DNA of 64,000 nt, from assembly GCA_035548435.1 (NCBI GenBank), contig DASZSY010000003.1, forward strand, positions 5,311-69,310. Direction: 5' to 3'. Each line of letters begins with the position of its first letter. Position 1 is the stretch's first letter. The notes beneath the pieces were generated by a model, which was given only the letters and a program-made list of their open reading frames with translations, did not search any database and was not told where the DNA came from. A program made the position numbers and the translations under genes. Source of the stretch: Candidatus Nanoarchaeia archaeon. Lineage in GTDB: Archaea > Nanobdellota > Nanobdellia > Pacearchaeales > GW2011-AR1. Shown here piece after piece: positions 1 to 9,580 of this stretch.

Positions 1-709
1 AAATTGTATTTCTATCTATTGTAAAAAATTGTCCCAAAATATCAATACCATCAACATGATTATTAGTTATAGTATTGTTTCTAATAATAATTCCGTTTGA
101 ATAAGTATTGTCTGTTGAATATCCCGATGCAATGTTTATACCTGCCTGCGAGCAATTAGATAAAAAGTTATTTTCAATTATTACTCTTGCAGTATTTCTT
201 ACATATATGCAACTAACTGAGTCTCCATATCCCACTGCATCCTTTACAGTAGAATTGGCAAAAACAAAACCAGTACCTCCAGGTCCGCTTGTTGCGGCAT
301 AAGCGATAACTCCGGGTACTCCTGTTCCTACCAAAGAAGAGTTGGCTGAGAAATTAGATATTTCAAAGAAATTTATAGTGACATTCGAGACTCTAGAATC
401 TATAGAAATACTACTACCTAAAAGAACCGGGCGGGTAGATGAGTTTGAAGTAAGCAAAGTATTGTTTTTAGAAATTGAAAGATTTTGAGAGTAAGTTCCA
501 TTTTCAACAACAACCGTATCTCCATTCAATATGTTGTTTAAAGCATATTGGATATCTCTCCAAGGAGCATTTAGACTACCTGCACTAGAATTAGAGCCCC
601 AAGTAGCTACATAATAGGTGTTTGCTTCAACAGAGTAAGTCAAAAAAATGCATATAAATATCAGAAAAAACAAAGAAGAGTACCTCTTACTAAAAGTTAA
701 TCCGAACAT
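1..709 (-). CDS. Secreted right-handed parallel beta-helix repeat protein, partial (C-terminus beyond window edge)
   Basis: Hand-translated minus frame from ATG at 707-709 is open to position 1. It starts MFGLTFSKRYSSLFFLIFICIFLTYSVEA (signal peptide), then NTYYVATWGSNSSAGSLNAPWRDIQYALNNILNGDTVVVENGTY, the typical N-terminus of pectate-lyase-fold/DUF1565 proteins. PbH1-like repeats follow (IIIRNNTITNNHVDGIDI). About 10 N-x-S/T sequons are present. It is not in the ORF track because it has no in-window stop. Confidence 0.5.
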   Translation of the reverse strand, partial: MFGLTFSKRYSSLFFLIFICIFLTYSVEANTYYVATWGSNSSAGSLNAPWRDIQYALNNILNGDTVVVENGTYSQNLSISKNNTLLTSNSSTRPVLLGSSISIDSRVSNVTINFFEISNFSANSSLVGTGVPGVIAYAATSGPGGTGFVFANSTVKDAVGYGDSVSCIYVRNTARVIIENNFLSNCSQAGINIASGYSTDNTYSNGIIIRNNTITNNHVDGIDILGQFFTIDRNTI

Positions 710-811
710 AAAAAAGATAACTAATATTCAGTTAAATACTTAACGAATAATTTATCAACCTTTCTAATAGACAACCACAACTTTATTAACGCTATTTAGA
801 CTGATTTTTGT

Positions 812-2179
812 ATGTTAGAAAAGCTTTCAGAAGCATTGAAAAAAACAACAGACAAGATAGCAAATGCTGTATTTCTTGACAAAAACCTTGTAGACCAGAT
901 AGTGAAAGATCTCCAGCGCGCCCTAATAGAAGCAGACGTTAATGTTGCCCTTGTTTTAGAAATAACCAAGAAAATAAAGCAAACTGCACTTGACGAGAGA
1001 ATTTCAGGACTTGAAAAAAAAGAACATATAATCAAGCTTCTTCATGATGAACTTCTTAAACTTCTTGGGGAGAAGAAAGAACTAAAGCTTTCTCCAAAAA
1101 GAAATGTCTTTATGATGCTTGGTTTATATGGACAAGGAAAAACAACAACAATATCAAAACTCGCATTATATTATGCAAAGCGTGGACACAAAGTCTGTGC
1201 AGTTGGACTTGACGTACACAGACCTGCGGCTTCAGAACAGTTAAAACAACTTTGTGATAAATTGAACATTGCTTGCTTTATCCAGCCCGGAGAGAAGGAC
1301 GTAAAAAAGATATGGAAAAAATATGAAACTCAAATTGAGGAATACAATCTTGTTTTAGTTGACACTGCAGGACGTGATGCACTTTCAGATGACTTAATAA
1401 AAGAAATAAAAGAAGTTTCAAAATTCTCAAAACCTACTGAAACAATTTTAGTAATGTCTGCAGATGTAGGACAAACAGCAAAGAAACAAGCTTCAACTTT
1501 CAAAGAAGCAGTAAACATCACGGGAGTAATAATCACTAAAATGGATTCCACTGCAAAAGCGGGTGGTGCTCTAACAGCCTGCAGCGAAGTAAAAGCACCA
1601 GTAGTATTTATTGGAACTGGAGAAACTCCTGCCGATCTTGAACTTTTCAATCCAGAATCATTCCTTTCTCGTCTTCTTGGAATGGGAGACCTTGCTTCAT
1701 TGATGGAAAAAATACATTCAATAATGGACAAAGATAAAATGTCTGAAGCTCAGAGAAATTTAGAGCAAGGAAAATTAACAATGACTGATTTTATAGGACA
1801 GTTAGATTCAATGTCCTCAATGGGTGGAATGGATAAACTTCTTTCCTACATTCCAGGTCTTGGTAACGCAGCAAGCAAGATTCCGAAAGAAGCATTAGCT
1901 CAGCAAGAAGCAAAAGTCAAACGTTGGAAAAACATTTACAATTCAATGTCAAAAGCAGAGAGAGAAAATCCAGAACTCCTTGAAAAACAAACAGCAAGAA
2001 TGCAGCGTATTGCCAAAGGCAGCGGCACAACAACCACTGAAATTCGTGCATTACTAAAACAATACAAACTTCTTCAGGACATGGTTAAATCACAATCTTC
2101 TCTAAGCAGCTCAGGCCAAATGGACCAAAAAACAATTATGAAAATGGCCAAGAAATTTGGCAGGAAAATGAAATTCTAA
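812..2179 (+). CDS. srp54: Signal recognition particle protein SRP54
   Basis: N domain plus GTPase G domain with P-loop GLYGQGKTTT, DTAGR and TKMD motifs; Met-rich C-terminal M domain. Confidence 0.9.
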   Translation: MLEKLSEALKKTTDKIANAVFLDKNLVDQIVKDLQRALIEADVNVALVLEITKKIKQTALDERISGLEKKEHIIKLLHDELLKLLGEKKELKLSPKRNVFMMLGLYGQGKTTTISKLALYYAKRGHKVCAVGLDVHRPAASEQLKQLCDKLNIACFIQPGEKDVKKIWKKYETQIEEYNLVLVDTAGRDALSDDLIKEIKEVSKFSKPTETILVMSADVGQTAKKQASTFKEAVNITGVIITKMDSTAKAGGALTACSEVKAPVVFIGTGETPADLELFNPESFLSRLLGMGDLASLMEKIHSIMDKDKMSEAQRNLEQGKLTMTDFIGQLDSMSSMGGMDKLLSYIPGLGNAASKIPKEALAQQEAKVKRWKNIYNSMSKAERENPELLEKQTARMQRIAKGSGTTTTEIRALLKQYKLLQDMVKSQSSLSSSGQMDQKTIMKMAKKFGRKMKF

Positions 2180-2181
2180 AT

Positions 2182-2673
2182 ATGGTAGACTGGATTACAG
2201 TAATAATCTCCGTTCTTTCAGCAATTATTGTCACAATTATAGGTGCGATAACTACACCCTATTTTCAACATCGGAGAAATTTAGAATTAATTCGACAAGA
2301 AGCTATTTTTAAAATAAGATTAGATAACTATCATTTTATATCTGAAACTTTAGATAATAGAATTAATCTTTATAATAAAATATTAAGAGACATTTGGAAT
2401 GGTTCTAGCAACATAGAGAAAGAAAACGTAGATTATATTCACAACTCGAATAAAGAATTAGACGAAGATATTTCGAAAAGATTATCTGCTTTCAGCACAT
2501 TCTCCTGGAAAGAATATGCTGCATTGAGTACAAAAGAAACACTTTTACTTATTATGCTCAAAAGTAAAGACAAGAAAGAAAACGTACAAAAAGAACTATT
2601 GAAGTTAGAAAATATAATTCATCGAATTAAATCTAAAATGTTAAAGGAATTGAATATAAATTTTAGAAAATGA
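2182..2673 (+). CDS. Hypothetical protein with N-terminal transmembrane anchor
   Basis: ORF packed between srp54 and bud32 with 4-nt overlaps; hydrophobic N-terminus; no recognisable motif. Confidence 0.3.
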   Translation: MVDWITVIISVLSAIIVTIIGAITTPYFQHRRNLELIRQEAIFKIRLDNYHFISETLDNRINLYNKILRDIWNGSSNIEKENVDYIHNSNKELDEDISKRLSAFSTFSWKEYAALSTKETLLLIMLKSKDKKENVQKELLKLENIIHRIKSKMLKELNINFRK

Positions 2674-3269
2674 CATCTAAAATACTCTTCCAAGGCGCTG
2701 AAGCAACAATAATAAAGCAGAAAAATACAATTCTCAAACAAAGGATACCAAAATTATACAGGCATCCTGAAATAGACAAGAAGCTCATAACCCAAAGAAC
2801 AAGAAAAGAAATAAAATTACTTGAAAAACTACAGGGCGTGATAAAAGTTCCAAGAGTTATTTCTTTTTCTGAAAATATAATTGCTCTTGAAGAAATAAAA
2901 GGCAAAAGACTATCAGAATGTCTTGATAAATTAGCAAATAAATCAAAAATTGCAAAAGAAATTGGCCTTTCTCTAGCAAAAATGCATAATTTAGGAATAA
3001 TTCATGGAGATTTAACAACTTCAAATATGATATACACAGGTAAAGAAATATATTTCATTGACTTTGGACTTGGCTATGAATCTGATAGCATTGAAGACAA
3101 AGCAGTTGACCTTCACGTCTTAAAAGAAGCATTAAATGCAAAACATCCAGCTATTTCACAATCTTTCTTCAAGTCAATTCTTTACTCTTACAAATCAAAA
3201 GATAGCGTTAAAGTTTTAGAAAGATTCGACATAGTAGAAAAACGCGGAAGATACAAAGCACAATATTAA
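2670..3269 (+). CDS. bud32: KEOPS complex kinase Bud32 (RIO-type)
   Basis: QGAEATII, RIPKLYRHPEIDKKL...RTRKE and catalytic HGDLTTSNMIY...FIDFG motifs typical of archaeal Bud32. Confidence 0.8.
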   Translation: MTSKILFQGAEATIIKQKNTILKQRIPKLYRHPEIDKKLITQRTRKEIKLLEKLQGVIKVPRVISFSENIIALEEIKGKRLSECLDKLANKSKIAKEIGLSLAKMHNLGIIHGDLTTSNMIYTGKEIYFIDFGLGYESDSIEDKAVDLHVLKEALNAKHPAISQSFFKSILYSYKSKDSVKVLERFDIVEKRGRYKAQY

Positions 3270-3293
3270 AAACTCAACGAACTTGCATTTGAT

Positions 3294-3602
3294 ATGCTAA
3301 AAAGAATAACAAAATTCAGAGGATTTTCAGTAACAAAAAGAGAAATTCTAGCAGATGTCTTTTTCCTCATAGTTTCATTTTCAATTTCGCTATTGGCAAT
3401 ATATATTTTTGATATCCATTGGAGCTTGTATCCAGGAGAAACCATATTTCCTCCAAGCAAACATGTAGGAATAGAACCCTCAAAGTATTATTTCTTCACA
3501 TTTGCTGGAACCATATTATTCTTCATAATATTAAAATTGATGATGCTTGGAATAAAAGAAGAAGAGAAAGAAATGATTAGTAAAGCACTTAAGAAAAGAT
3601 AG
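3294..3602 (+). CDS. Hypothetical small membrane protein
   Basis: Two predicted TM helices; no motif. Confidence 0.3.
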   Translation: MLKRITKFRGFSVTKREILADVFFLIVSFSISLLAIYIFDIHWSLYPGETIFPPSKHVGIEPSKYYFFTFAGTILFFIILKLMMLGIKEEEKEMISKALKKR

Positions 3603-3657
3603 AACTCACGGTTGGATGACAAAACCTTTTAAACCATCTTTATCCTTGTGTTATCAT

Positions 3658-3730
3658 AGCCCTGTCGTATAGTGGTCAAGTATACGGGCCTTTGGCGCCC
3701 GTGACCCCGGTTCGAATCCGGGCAGGGCTA
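3658..3730 (+). tRNA. tRNA-Gln (anticodon TTG)
   Basis: Cloverleaf folded by hand. Acceptor AGCCCTG/CAGGGCT, with the A1:U72 pair characteristic of archaeal tRNA-Gln. Anticodon stem CGGGC/GCCCG with loop CTTTGGC. T-arm CCCGG-TTCGAAT-CCGGG. Discriminator A. Confidence 0.85.
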
Positions 3731-3763
3731 TTAATATAAAAGCAAATAAATTCTGTATAGAAT

Positions 3764-4588
3764 ATGATAAAAAAGCACTTCAAAAAACAAGAAATATCTA
3801 TAAAAAAGCAATTTGAAAGTAGAAGAAAACTACTTATCCCATTCATAGAGAAATATAATGCCCCAGTAATTGTCCATTCAATTCATGATAAGAAAATATT
3901 CCATAAAATAATTACAGAAGGAAAAATAAAAATTCCTAGCAATCACAACACTCCCAGAAAAACACCATATATTGAGCAATTTTTAGATATTGATAATTGT
4001 ATATACTATAGTTTAGGATTTGTTTACTTTTCTTCATATGGGTGGAAATACAGCCTAATATTCAACCTAGACCAATTAAAAGAAATAGAGTATTACAACA
4101 ATTCTCTTAATTTTAAAGCAGCAAGAGCAGTTGTTGACTACTGGCACGATAATGATAAGCAATATTTAGACAAATTAGAAAAAGAAAATGAAACAACAAA
4201 GGCCGTTTTCAACAGATACTATAATGAACCATTTAACGGCAAGCTTAGATGCATCCTAGAATTTTGGAAAATAGAAAAAGAACTATTTGATTATATTAAC
4301 AATTATCCTCACAAAGATAAGATTATGACTTTGATTAAAGATACTAATAAGAAATTCTTTATAGAATATCCAAAATCAAAAGAAGATATTTTAGAAAATT
4401 ACACAAAAGAAAAAGCTCCAGAGATGATAAGTAGAAAAGATAACGATTTAACAAAAAACCCTTCTTTTATCGGATTTCACATTCATGGCAAGATAAGTAA
4501 AGACACCTTAAAGATATTGAAAGATAAATATAACGATAAAATAATATTTGACGGAAAAAGAATAAAAAAGATATCTGAAATAAAATGA
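3764..4588 (+). CDS. Hypothetical Lys-rich protein
   Basis: 274-aa ORF, no recognised motif. Confidence 0.3.
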   Translation: MIKKHFKKQEISIKKQFESRRKLLIPFIEKYNAPVIVHSIHDKKIFHKIITEGKIKIPSNHNTPRKTPYIEQFLDIDNCIYYSLGFVYFSSYGWKYSLIFNLDQLKEIEYYNNSLNFKAARAVVDYWHDNDKQYLDKLEKENETTKAVFNRYYNEPFNGKLRCILEFWKIEKELFDYINNYPHKDKIMTLIKDTNKKFFIEYPKSKEDILENYTKEKAPEMISRKDNDLTKNPSFIGFHIHGKISKDTLKILKDKYNDKIIFDGKRIKKISEIK

Positions 4589-4816
4589 AGAAAGCGTATT
4601 CAATAAAAATATACAGCTGCCTAGTATCCTTTCCAATTAACTTTGCTAGGCATACCTGGATAGATATAACTTATTTGGTCCAAACAGCAATACATTTACT
4701 CAAGATATAATAAATAATGCAAAACTGAAAGCTAAATTGCCTTAGAATGCAATTGGTAAGAATTATATTTTAACTTAATTAGGTATTTTTATAAAAGAGA
4801 AATATCTTGATTTATC

Positions 4817-5737
4817 ATGTTTTTGACCCTTCTAGTTATTGTAGTTGGTCTTTGTCTATTCGAAATAATAACTAGCGTTGACAACGCAATAATTAACGCA
4901 GATGTTCTATCCACAATGGATAAGAAAAACAGAAGGTTGTTTCTTATATTTGGAGTTATAGTAAGTGTATTTATTGTTCGTGGACTTCTACCTTGGATAA
5001 TAGTCTGGATAGCCAACCCTCATCTTGGGCCCTGGACTGCTTTAATCTCAAGTTTTAGTGCAGACCCTGCAATAAAAGAATCTGTGGAATCTTCTGCTCC
5101 AATGCTTCTAATAGCCGGAGGAGTATATTTGATATTTTTGTTTATGCATTGGTGGTTTGTTGAACCAAAAACCTATGGACTTGTTGGAGAAAGATTTGTT
5201 CATAGACAAGCAATTTGGTTCTATTCAGTAGTTTCATTAATATTAGCAATAATAGTCTGGCTTGCAGTAAAAATTCACCCTTGGATGGCATTTAGTGCAG
5301 TTATAGGTTCAACCGCTTTCTTTATTACCCATGGTTTCAAAGTAAACGCAGAAGAAAAAGAAAAAGACCTTAAGAAAAAACACCTATCGGATATGAGTAA
5401 AATTGCCTTCCTTCTTGTAATTGACTCAACATTTTCAATAGACAGCGTTCTAGGAGCATTTGCATTTACATTATCAGTTCCACTAATCTTCCTAGGTAAT
5501 GGAATTGGGGCAATAGTAGTTCAACAATTGACTGTTAGAGGAGTTGACAAAATAAAACAATATGTTTATTTGAAAAACGGAGCAATGTATTCTATACTAT
5601 TCTTAGGTTTAATTATGACTTTTGACTCTTTTGGAGTACATATTCCAGAATGGTTGTCTCCAATAGTTACAATCACAGTTGTAGGTTATTTCTTTTACAA
5701 ATCGCATAAAGCAAAAATTGAAAATATATTAGATTAA
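4817..5737 (+). CDS. TerC-superfamily / DUF475-like integral membrane protein
   Basis: About 8 TM helices; N-terminal FEIITSVDNAIINADVL resembles the conserved SVDNA element of TerC/DUF475 proteins. Confidence 0.45.
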   Translation: MFLTLLVIVVGLCLFEIITSVDNAIINADVLSTMDKKNRRLFLIFGVIVSVFIVRGLLPWIIVWIANPHLGPWTALISSFSADPAIKESVESSAPMLLIAGGVYLIFLFMHWWFVEPKTYGLVGERFVHRQAIWFYSVVSLILAIIVWLAVKIHPWMAFSAVIGSTAFFITHGFKVNAEEKEKDLKKKHLSDMSKIAFLLVIDSTFSIDSVLGAFAFTLSVPLIFLGNGIGAIVVQQLTVRGVDKIKQYVYLKNGAMYSILFLGLIMTFDSFGVHIPEWLSPIVTITVVGYFFYKSHKAKIENILD

Positions 5738-5883
5738 ATCTTTATTCCAGAATCTTTAGGATTTTTATCATGCTGATCCATTCTTCCAGCTATTAAACAA
5801 TCAAAGCAAGGACCTATTGTTCCATCTGCTTTCATTATTCTTCTTTTACCTTGACATTTTGGACAATCTGGTTGTTCTGCCAT
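5734..5883 (-). CDS. Small zinc-ribbon protein (49 aa), not in ORF track
   Basis: Hand translation gives MAEQPDCPKCQGKRRIMKADGTIGPCFDCLIAGRMDQHDKNPKDSGIKI with CPKC...CFDC. Its stop overlaps the stop of the convergent 4817..5737 gene. Confidence 0.4.
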   Translation of the reverse strand: MAEQPDCPKCQGKRRIMKADGTIGPCFDCLIAGRMDQHDKNPKDSGIKI

Positions 5884-5930
5884 ATAAAACACAGAAAAAT
5901 GAGACTTATAAAATTTTGTGAGATGTTGTT

Positions 5931-6248
5931 TTACTTGATATTTTGCCTAGATTCTTCAAAATCTGAATAATTTTGTAATATTTCTTCATCTTTCTTTATA
6001 TCTCTTAAAGCAACAAGATTTTCATTAAGCAAACCAATGTTTGGATTAGTTGAATGATTACAATACCTTATATCATCATGAGCTAAGTGCCATTTTCCAA
6101 GTTTTTTATCAAAGTATCCATAGTGTTTTATAATTTCCTTTTCACTTTCATTTAACTCATTGAACTGCTTTTCAGTCAATAATAAATCAAGTTTAATATT
6201 TGGACAATATATTTTCGTTCCTTTCTTTATATTTTCAGAAGCAAACAA
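5931..6248 (-). CDS. Small SET-domain-like protein
   Basis: FASENIKKGTKIY (SET N-region), RYCNHSTNPNI (NHSxxPN core) and EEILQNY (GEEL.Y-like) in 105 aa. Comparable to minimal viral/archaeal SET proteins. Confidence 0.4.
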   Translation of the reverse strand: MFASENIKKGTKIYCPNIKLDLLLTEKQFNELNESEKEIIKHYGYFDKKLGKWHLAHDDIRYCNHSTNPNIGLLNENLVALRDIKKDEEILQNYSDFEESRQNIK

Positions 6249-6301
6249 TCCAATTCCATGAACTTTACTTTTATCTAAATGTATTTGTATAAAAAAAATA
6301 T

Positions 6302-6592
6302 TTATGCTACTTTAGCCAATTGCTCTCTGTCTTGAAGTAGTGCAATTAAAGTACCTTCCATTCCCGATATGCTTCTCCAAGCTGCTTCCATCTCTTCAGG
6401 TTCTGCTTTCTTACCAGTTTTTCTATAATTGTTAATAAATTTTCTCAATCCAGATCCCTCACCCATATACATAGTATCGAATCCATCTCTGCTTAATTCA
6501 TCCAAATCTCCTCTGATTACATGATATTCTTTAGATAAAAATTGATAAAGAAAATCAAGAACAGCAAAGTCACGTATATTTTGATAATCCAT
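6302..6592 (-). CDS. Hypothetical protein, co-oriented with ribosomal protein genes
   Basis: 96-aa ORF upstream of S3Ae and L44e; family not recognised. Confidence 0.3.
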   Translation of the reverse strand: MDYQNIRDFAVLDFLYQFLSKEYHVIRGDLDELSRDGFDTMYMGEGSGLRKFINNYRKTGKKAEPEEMEAAWRSISGMEGTLIALLQDREQLAKVA

Positions 6593-6611
6593 TTTATTTC
6601 TAATTAAAAAT

Positions 6612-7169
6612 TTACTTAAGAAGTTGTGCTGGAGCCTTCACAGATTCAAGAACTCTTATTTCACAGAATGCTAAAGGGTATATCTTCTTTAGTTTTAGTG
6701 AAAGTTCTTTCTGAAGCTTGTTTGTCATCATATCTGAGAATATTTCTTGCAAAGTTCTTATTCTTACATATCCTTGTAAAAATTCTCTTGCTGTGTCTCT
6801 TAGAGAAGCTCTAACAGTTCTTGAAACTCTGTTTCTTGTTATCATAAATGGTTTTACTATAACTGTTCCATCCTTTGAATCAGTTGAGAATGAATCTTCA
6901 ACGTAATCTGTTCCTTTTCTCATGCTTCTTCTTATGAAAGAGCCTGCAAGAGCCATTCTTGATGGAACTCCATTTAGCTTATCTCCTTCTTTCTTTAAGT
7001 TCAATGTAACTTCGAAACTCTTTCCCCTTAGAGATCTTGTCATATCAAGTTTGATTGTTTTACCATCAAACTCTTCTAAATCAGTTCCATAAACATGTAG
7101 CTTTGCAGAAGTTATAGGAGCATTAACCTCAAAAAATCCTTTCTTTATTCCTTTCTTTGCTGTTGCCAT
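6612..7169 (-). CDS. rps3ae: 30S ribosomal protein S3Ae
   Basis: FEVNAPI...GKSFEVTLNL...KIYPL...IRVLE pattern matches archaeal S3Ae. Confidence 0.75.
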   Translation of the reverse strand: MATAKKGIKKGFFEVNAPITSAKLHVYGTDLEEFDGKTIKLDMTRSLRGKSFEVTLNLKKEGDKLNGVPSRMALAGSFIRRSMRKGTDYVEDSFSTDSKDGTVIVKPFMITRNRVSRTVRASLRDTAREFLQGYVRIRTLQEIFSDMMTNKLQKELSLKLKKIYPLAFCEIRVLESVKAPAQLLK

Positions 7170-7170
7170 T

Positions 7171-7533
7171 TTACTTTGCTATTTTCTCCCCTATTTCAAT
7201 TCTTGAGCTTCTTATAGCTTTTTTGATTCCCTTCATCTTGTTACACTTTTTACACTTGTACATAACTGTGATTCTCTTTGTAACTTTGGTTTTTCTCTTC
7301 CATGACTTTACAGCAGGTTTAGAATACTTTCCTTTGTTTCCGTATCCAGAACGCATTCCTCTTGCTTTTAATCTTGAAGTTGATCCACGAGATAATGGGT
7401 GAGTAGCGGAACGAGATCTTTGCTTTGCTGTTGTAACTAATTGAACTGTATGTTCTTTACATGTTGGACAATATCTTTTTGTTTCCTTTGGTAGTTTCAT
7501 GTTCCACTGGTCTATTGAAGAAGCTAACCTCAC
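7171..7533 (-). CDS. rpl44e: 50S ribosomal protein L44e
   Basis: KRYCPTCKEHTVQ ... GYGNKGKYSKP ... YKCKKCNK zinc-binding pattern of L44e. Confidence 0.8.
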   Translation of the reverse strand: MRLASSIDQWNMKLPKETKRYCPTCKEHTVQLVTTAKQRSRSATHPLSRGSTSRLKARGMRSGYGNKGKYSKPAVKSWKRKTKVTKRITVMYKCKKCNKMKGIKKAIRSSRIEIGEKIAK

Positions 7534-7635
7534 TCCGACCGAATAAGGGTAAACGCTTAGAAATACTCTGCAAAAGTGGTTTTTAAAGGTTTTGTTTAAC
7601 AGAATTTTGAAATCCGAAAGCTTTTTAATGCCTCT

Positions 7636-7980
7636 TTGCCGGTTTGTTTTATGGCAGAAACAACAGCTAAACCTGAATGGATGAAAATGTCAGCTAAAGA
7701 AGTTGAAAAATTAATTGTAGATTTAGCAAAGCAAGGAAATACTCCTGAAAAAATTGGACTTATTCTAAGAGACAAACACGGAATTCCAAAAGCAAAATTA
7801 GTAGGAAAAAAGATTTCTCAAGTTCTAAAAGAAGCTGGAATAACCTATGACACATTAAAGAACGTTCAAGAAAAAAGAATTTCTGCTTTAGACAATCACA
7901 TTAAGGCCCACAAGCATGATACTTCTGCAAAGCGTTCTCTAGCAAAAAGAATGTGGGTTGTCCACAAACTTAGTGCATAA
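7636..7980 (+). CDS. rps15: 30S ribosomal protein S15P/S13e
   Basis: PEWMKMSAKEVEKLIVDLAKQGNTPEKIGLILRD and C-terminal HIKAHKHDTSAKRSL matching the S15 family. Confidence 0.75.
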   Translation: MPVCFMAETTAKPEWMKMSAKEVEKLIVDLAKQGNTPEKIGLILRDKHGIPKAKLVGKKISQVLKEAGITYDTLKNVQEKRISALDNHIKAHKHDTSAKRSLAKRMWVVHKLSA

Positions 7981-8012
7981 TTTTTATAAAGCAACTTATC
8001 TATAATTGTTTT

Positions 8013-9329
8013 ATGCGTCAAGCAATAAAAGATTTGGTGATAAATTTTAATTCAAGTATTGCTGGAAAAAAACTTAGAATAATAAGTCATTTTGATACCG
8101 ATGGAATAACTTCTGCAGCAATAATGGCCAGAGCGTTGCAAAGAGCAGGAATTGTTTACACTCTAGATATTGTAAAAGGTCTTGAAGAAAGTTATATTCA
8201 AAAATTACCAGAAGACGAAATATTATTTTTCACTGACCTTGCTTCAGGAAGTCTTAACTATCTAGCAAATAAACCAAATAAAGTTTTTATTTTAGACCAT
8301 CACGAAATTGCTCAAAAAATTCCAAGCAATGTAACTATGGTAAACCCCCTTCTTTTCGACCATGAACAAATCTCTGGAGCGGGACTATGTTATTTATTTG
8401 CAAAAGAGCTATCTCTAAACAACAAGGATCTTGCAAAATTAGCAGTAATAGGGATGGTGGGAGATATGATGGACAAAGAAATAAACAAAGTATATAGTGA
8501 AATAATTCAAGATTCAGAAGTTGAAGTAAGAAAGGGTCTTCTACTTTATCCTTCCACTCGTCCTCTAGACAGGGCCCTTGAATATGCTTCAGGATTCTAT
8601 ATTCCTGGAGTCACTGGTTCATATAAAGGAGTTTTAGAGCTTCTAAGAGACGCAGGACTTGAAAAGAAAGATAATATGTTCAAAAGTTTGTATGAACTAA
8701 CAGAAGAAGAAATGTCTCGTCTAGTAACGGCAATAATGCTTCGTGTAGAAGATGAAAAATCAATGGAAAAAATGATTGGTAATCTGTATATAATCAATTT
8801 TCTTAATAAAAAAGAAGATGCAAGAGAAATTTCTGCGTTGATTAACGCCTGCAGTAGAATAGGTCGCTCTGATGTTGCGCTTGGATTCTGTCTTTCCAAC
8901 AAACAATACAGAGAGCAAGCTGAAAAAATATACATTGAGTATAAACAACATCTTGTTTCAGCTTTAAGATATGTTGAAGGCACTGAAAAAATAGCTGGAA
9001 AAAACTATGCTATAATTAATGCCAAAGATAACATAAAAGATACCATAATTGGAACTGTAACCTCTATAATTTCACATTCTCCTGTTTATACAACGGGTAC
9101 AATGATTATAGGTCTTGCATATAATGAAGACAAAATAAAAGTTTCAGCCAGAATAGCTGGAAGAGAAGGCAAAAACGTACGCGAAATATTATCTCAAGTT
9201 GTTGTTCCGTTAGGTGGAGAAGTCGGAGGACACCCAAATGCTGCCGGCTGCCTAATAAGTAAAGCCCATGAAGAGAAATTTATATCAGAATTACGCAGGG
9301 TTTTGGACATTGAGTTGCTAAAGGTTTAA
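8013..9329 (+). CDS. RecJ-like DHH-family phosphoesterase (archaeal GAN/RecJ-Cdc45 homologue)
   Basis: DHH motifs ISHFDTDGITSA and LDHHEI; GGHPNAAG near the C-terminus. Confidence 0.7.
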   Translation: MRQAIKDLVINFNSSIAGKKLRIISHFDTDGITSAAIMARALQRAGIVYTLDIVKGLEESYIQKLPEDEILFFTDLASGSLNYLANKPNKVFILDHHEIAQKIPSNVTMVNPLLFDHEQISGAGLCYLFAKELSLNNKDLAKLAVIGMVGDMMDKEINKVYSEIIQDSEVEVRKGLLLYPSTRPLDRALEYASGFYIPGVTGSYKGVLELLRDAGLEKKDNMFKSLYELTEEEMSRLVTAIMLRVEDEKSMEKMIGNLYIINFLNKKEDAREISALINACSRIGRSDVALGFCLSNKQYREQAEKIYIEYKQHLVSALRYVEGTEKIAGKNYAIINAKDNIKDTIIGTVTSIISHSPVYTTGTMIIGLAYNEDKIKVSARIAGREGKNVREILSQVVVPLGGEVGGHPNAAGCLISKAHEEKFISELRRVLDIELLKV

Positions 9330-9406
9330 ACATCAAAAATCAAGGATTTTTGTGGTCTAAAAGTTCTATAGGAACTTTTAAAACCCCTATCTATCTACTT
9401 TTTAAC

Positions 9407-9580
9407 ATGAGCGCAAGCAGATTCCTACGCATTGCATGCCCTAAGTGCGGGCGCACCCACGTAGTATTTGGTAAAGCAACAACTATGGTCAAATGCCACA
9501 GCTGTAATGCCCTACTTATGAAGCCAACAGGGGGTAAAACCCAAGTTAAAGCTCAGGTTAAAGACGTTCTATGGAAGTAA
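9407..9580 (+). CDS. rps27e: 30S ribosomal protein S27e
   Basis: C4 zinc ribbon CPKCGRTHVVFGKATTMVKCHSCNALLMKPTGGK. The start is taken at the internal Met at 9407, not the track start at 9350. Confidence 0.8.
   Translation: MSASRFLRIACPKCGRTHVVFGKATTMVKCHSCNALLMKPTGGKTQVKAQVKDVLWK

Noticed and set aside
108-302. 64-aa plus-strand ORF in the ORF track
   Set aside because: It lies antisense inside the hand-translated secreted beta-helix gene (1-709, minus), which has a strong signal peptide and domain signature. Most likely spurious.
1330-1731. 133-aa minus-strand ORF inside srp54
   Set aside because: Fully nested antisense within a high-confidence conserved gene; no motif.
9350-9406. Upstream extension of the S27e ORF (MWSKSSIGTFKTPIYLLFN)
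   Set aside because: S27e proteins are approx 55-65 aa. The extension is not conserved-looking. The internal Met at 9407 gives the canonical length.
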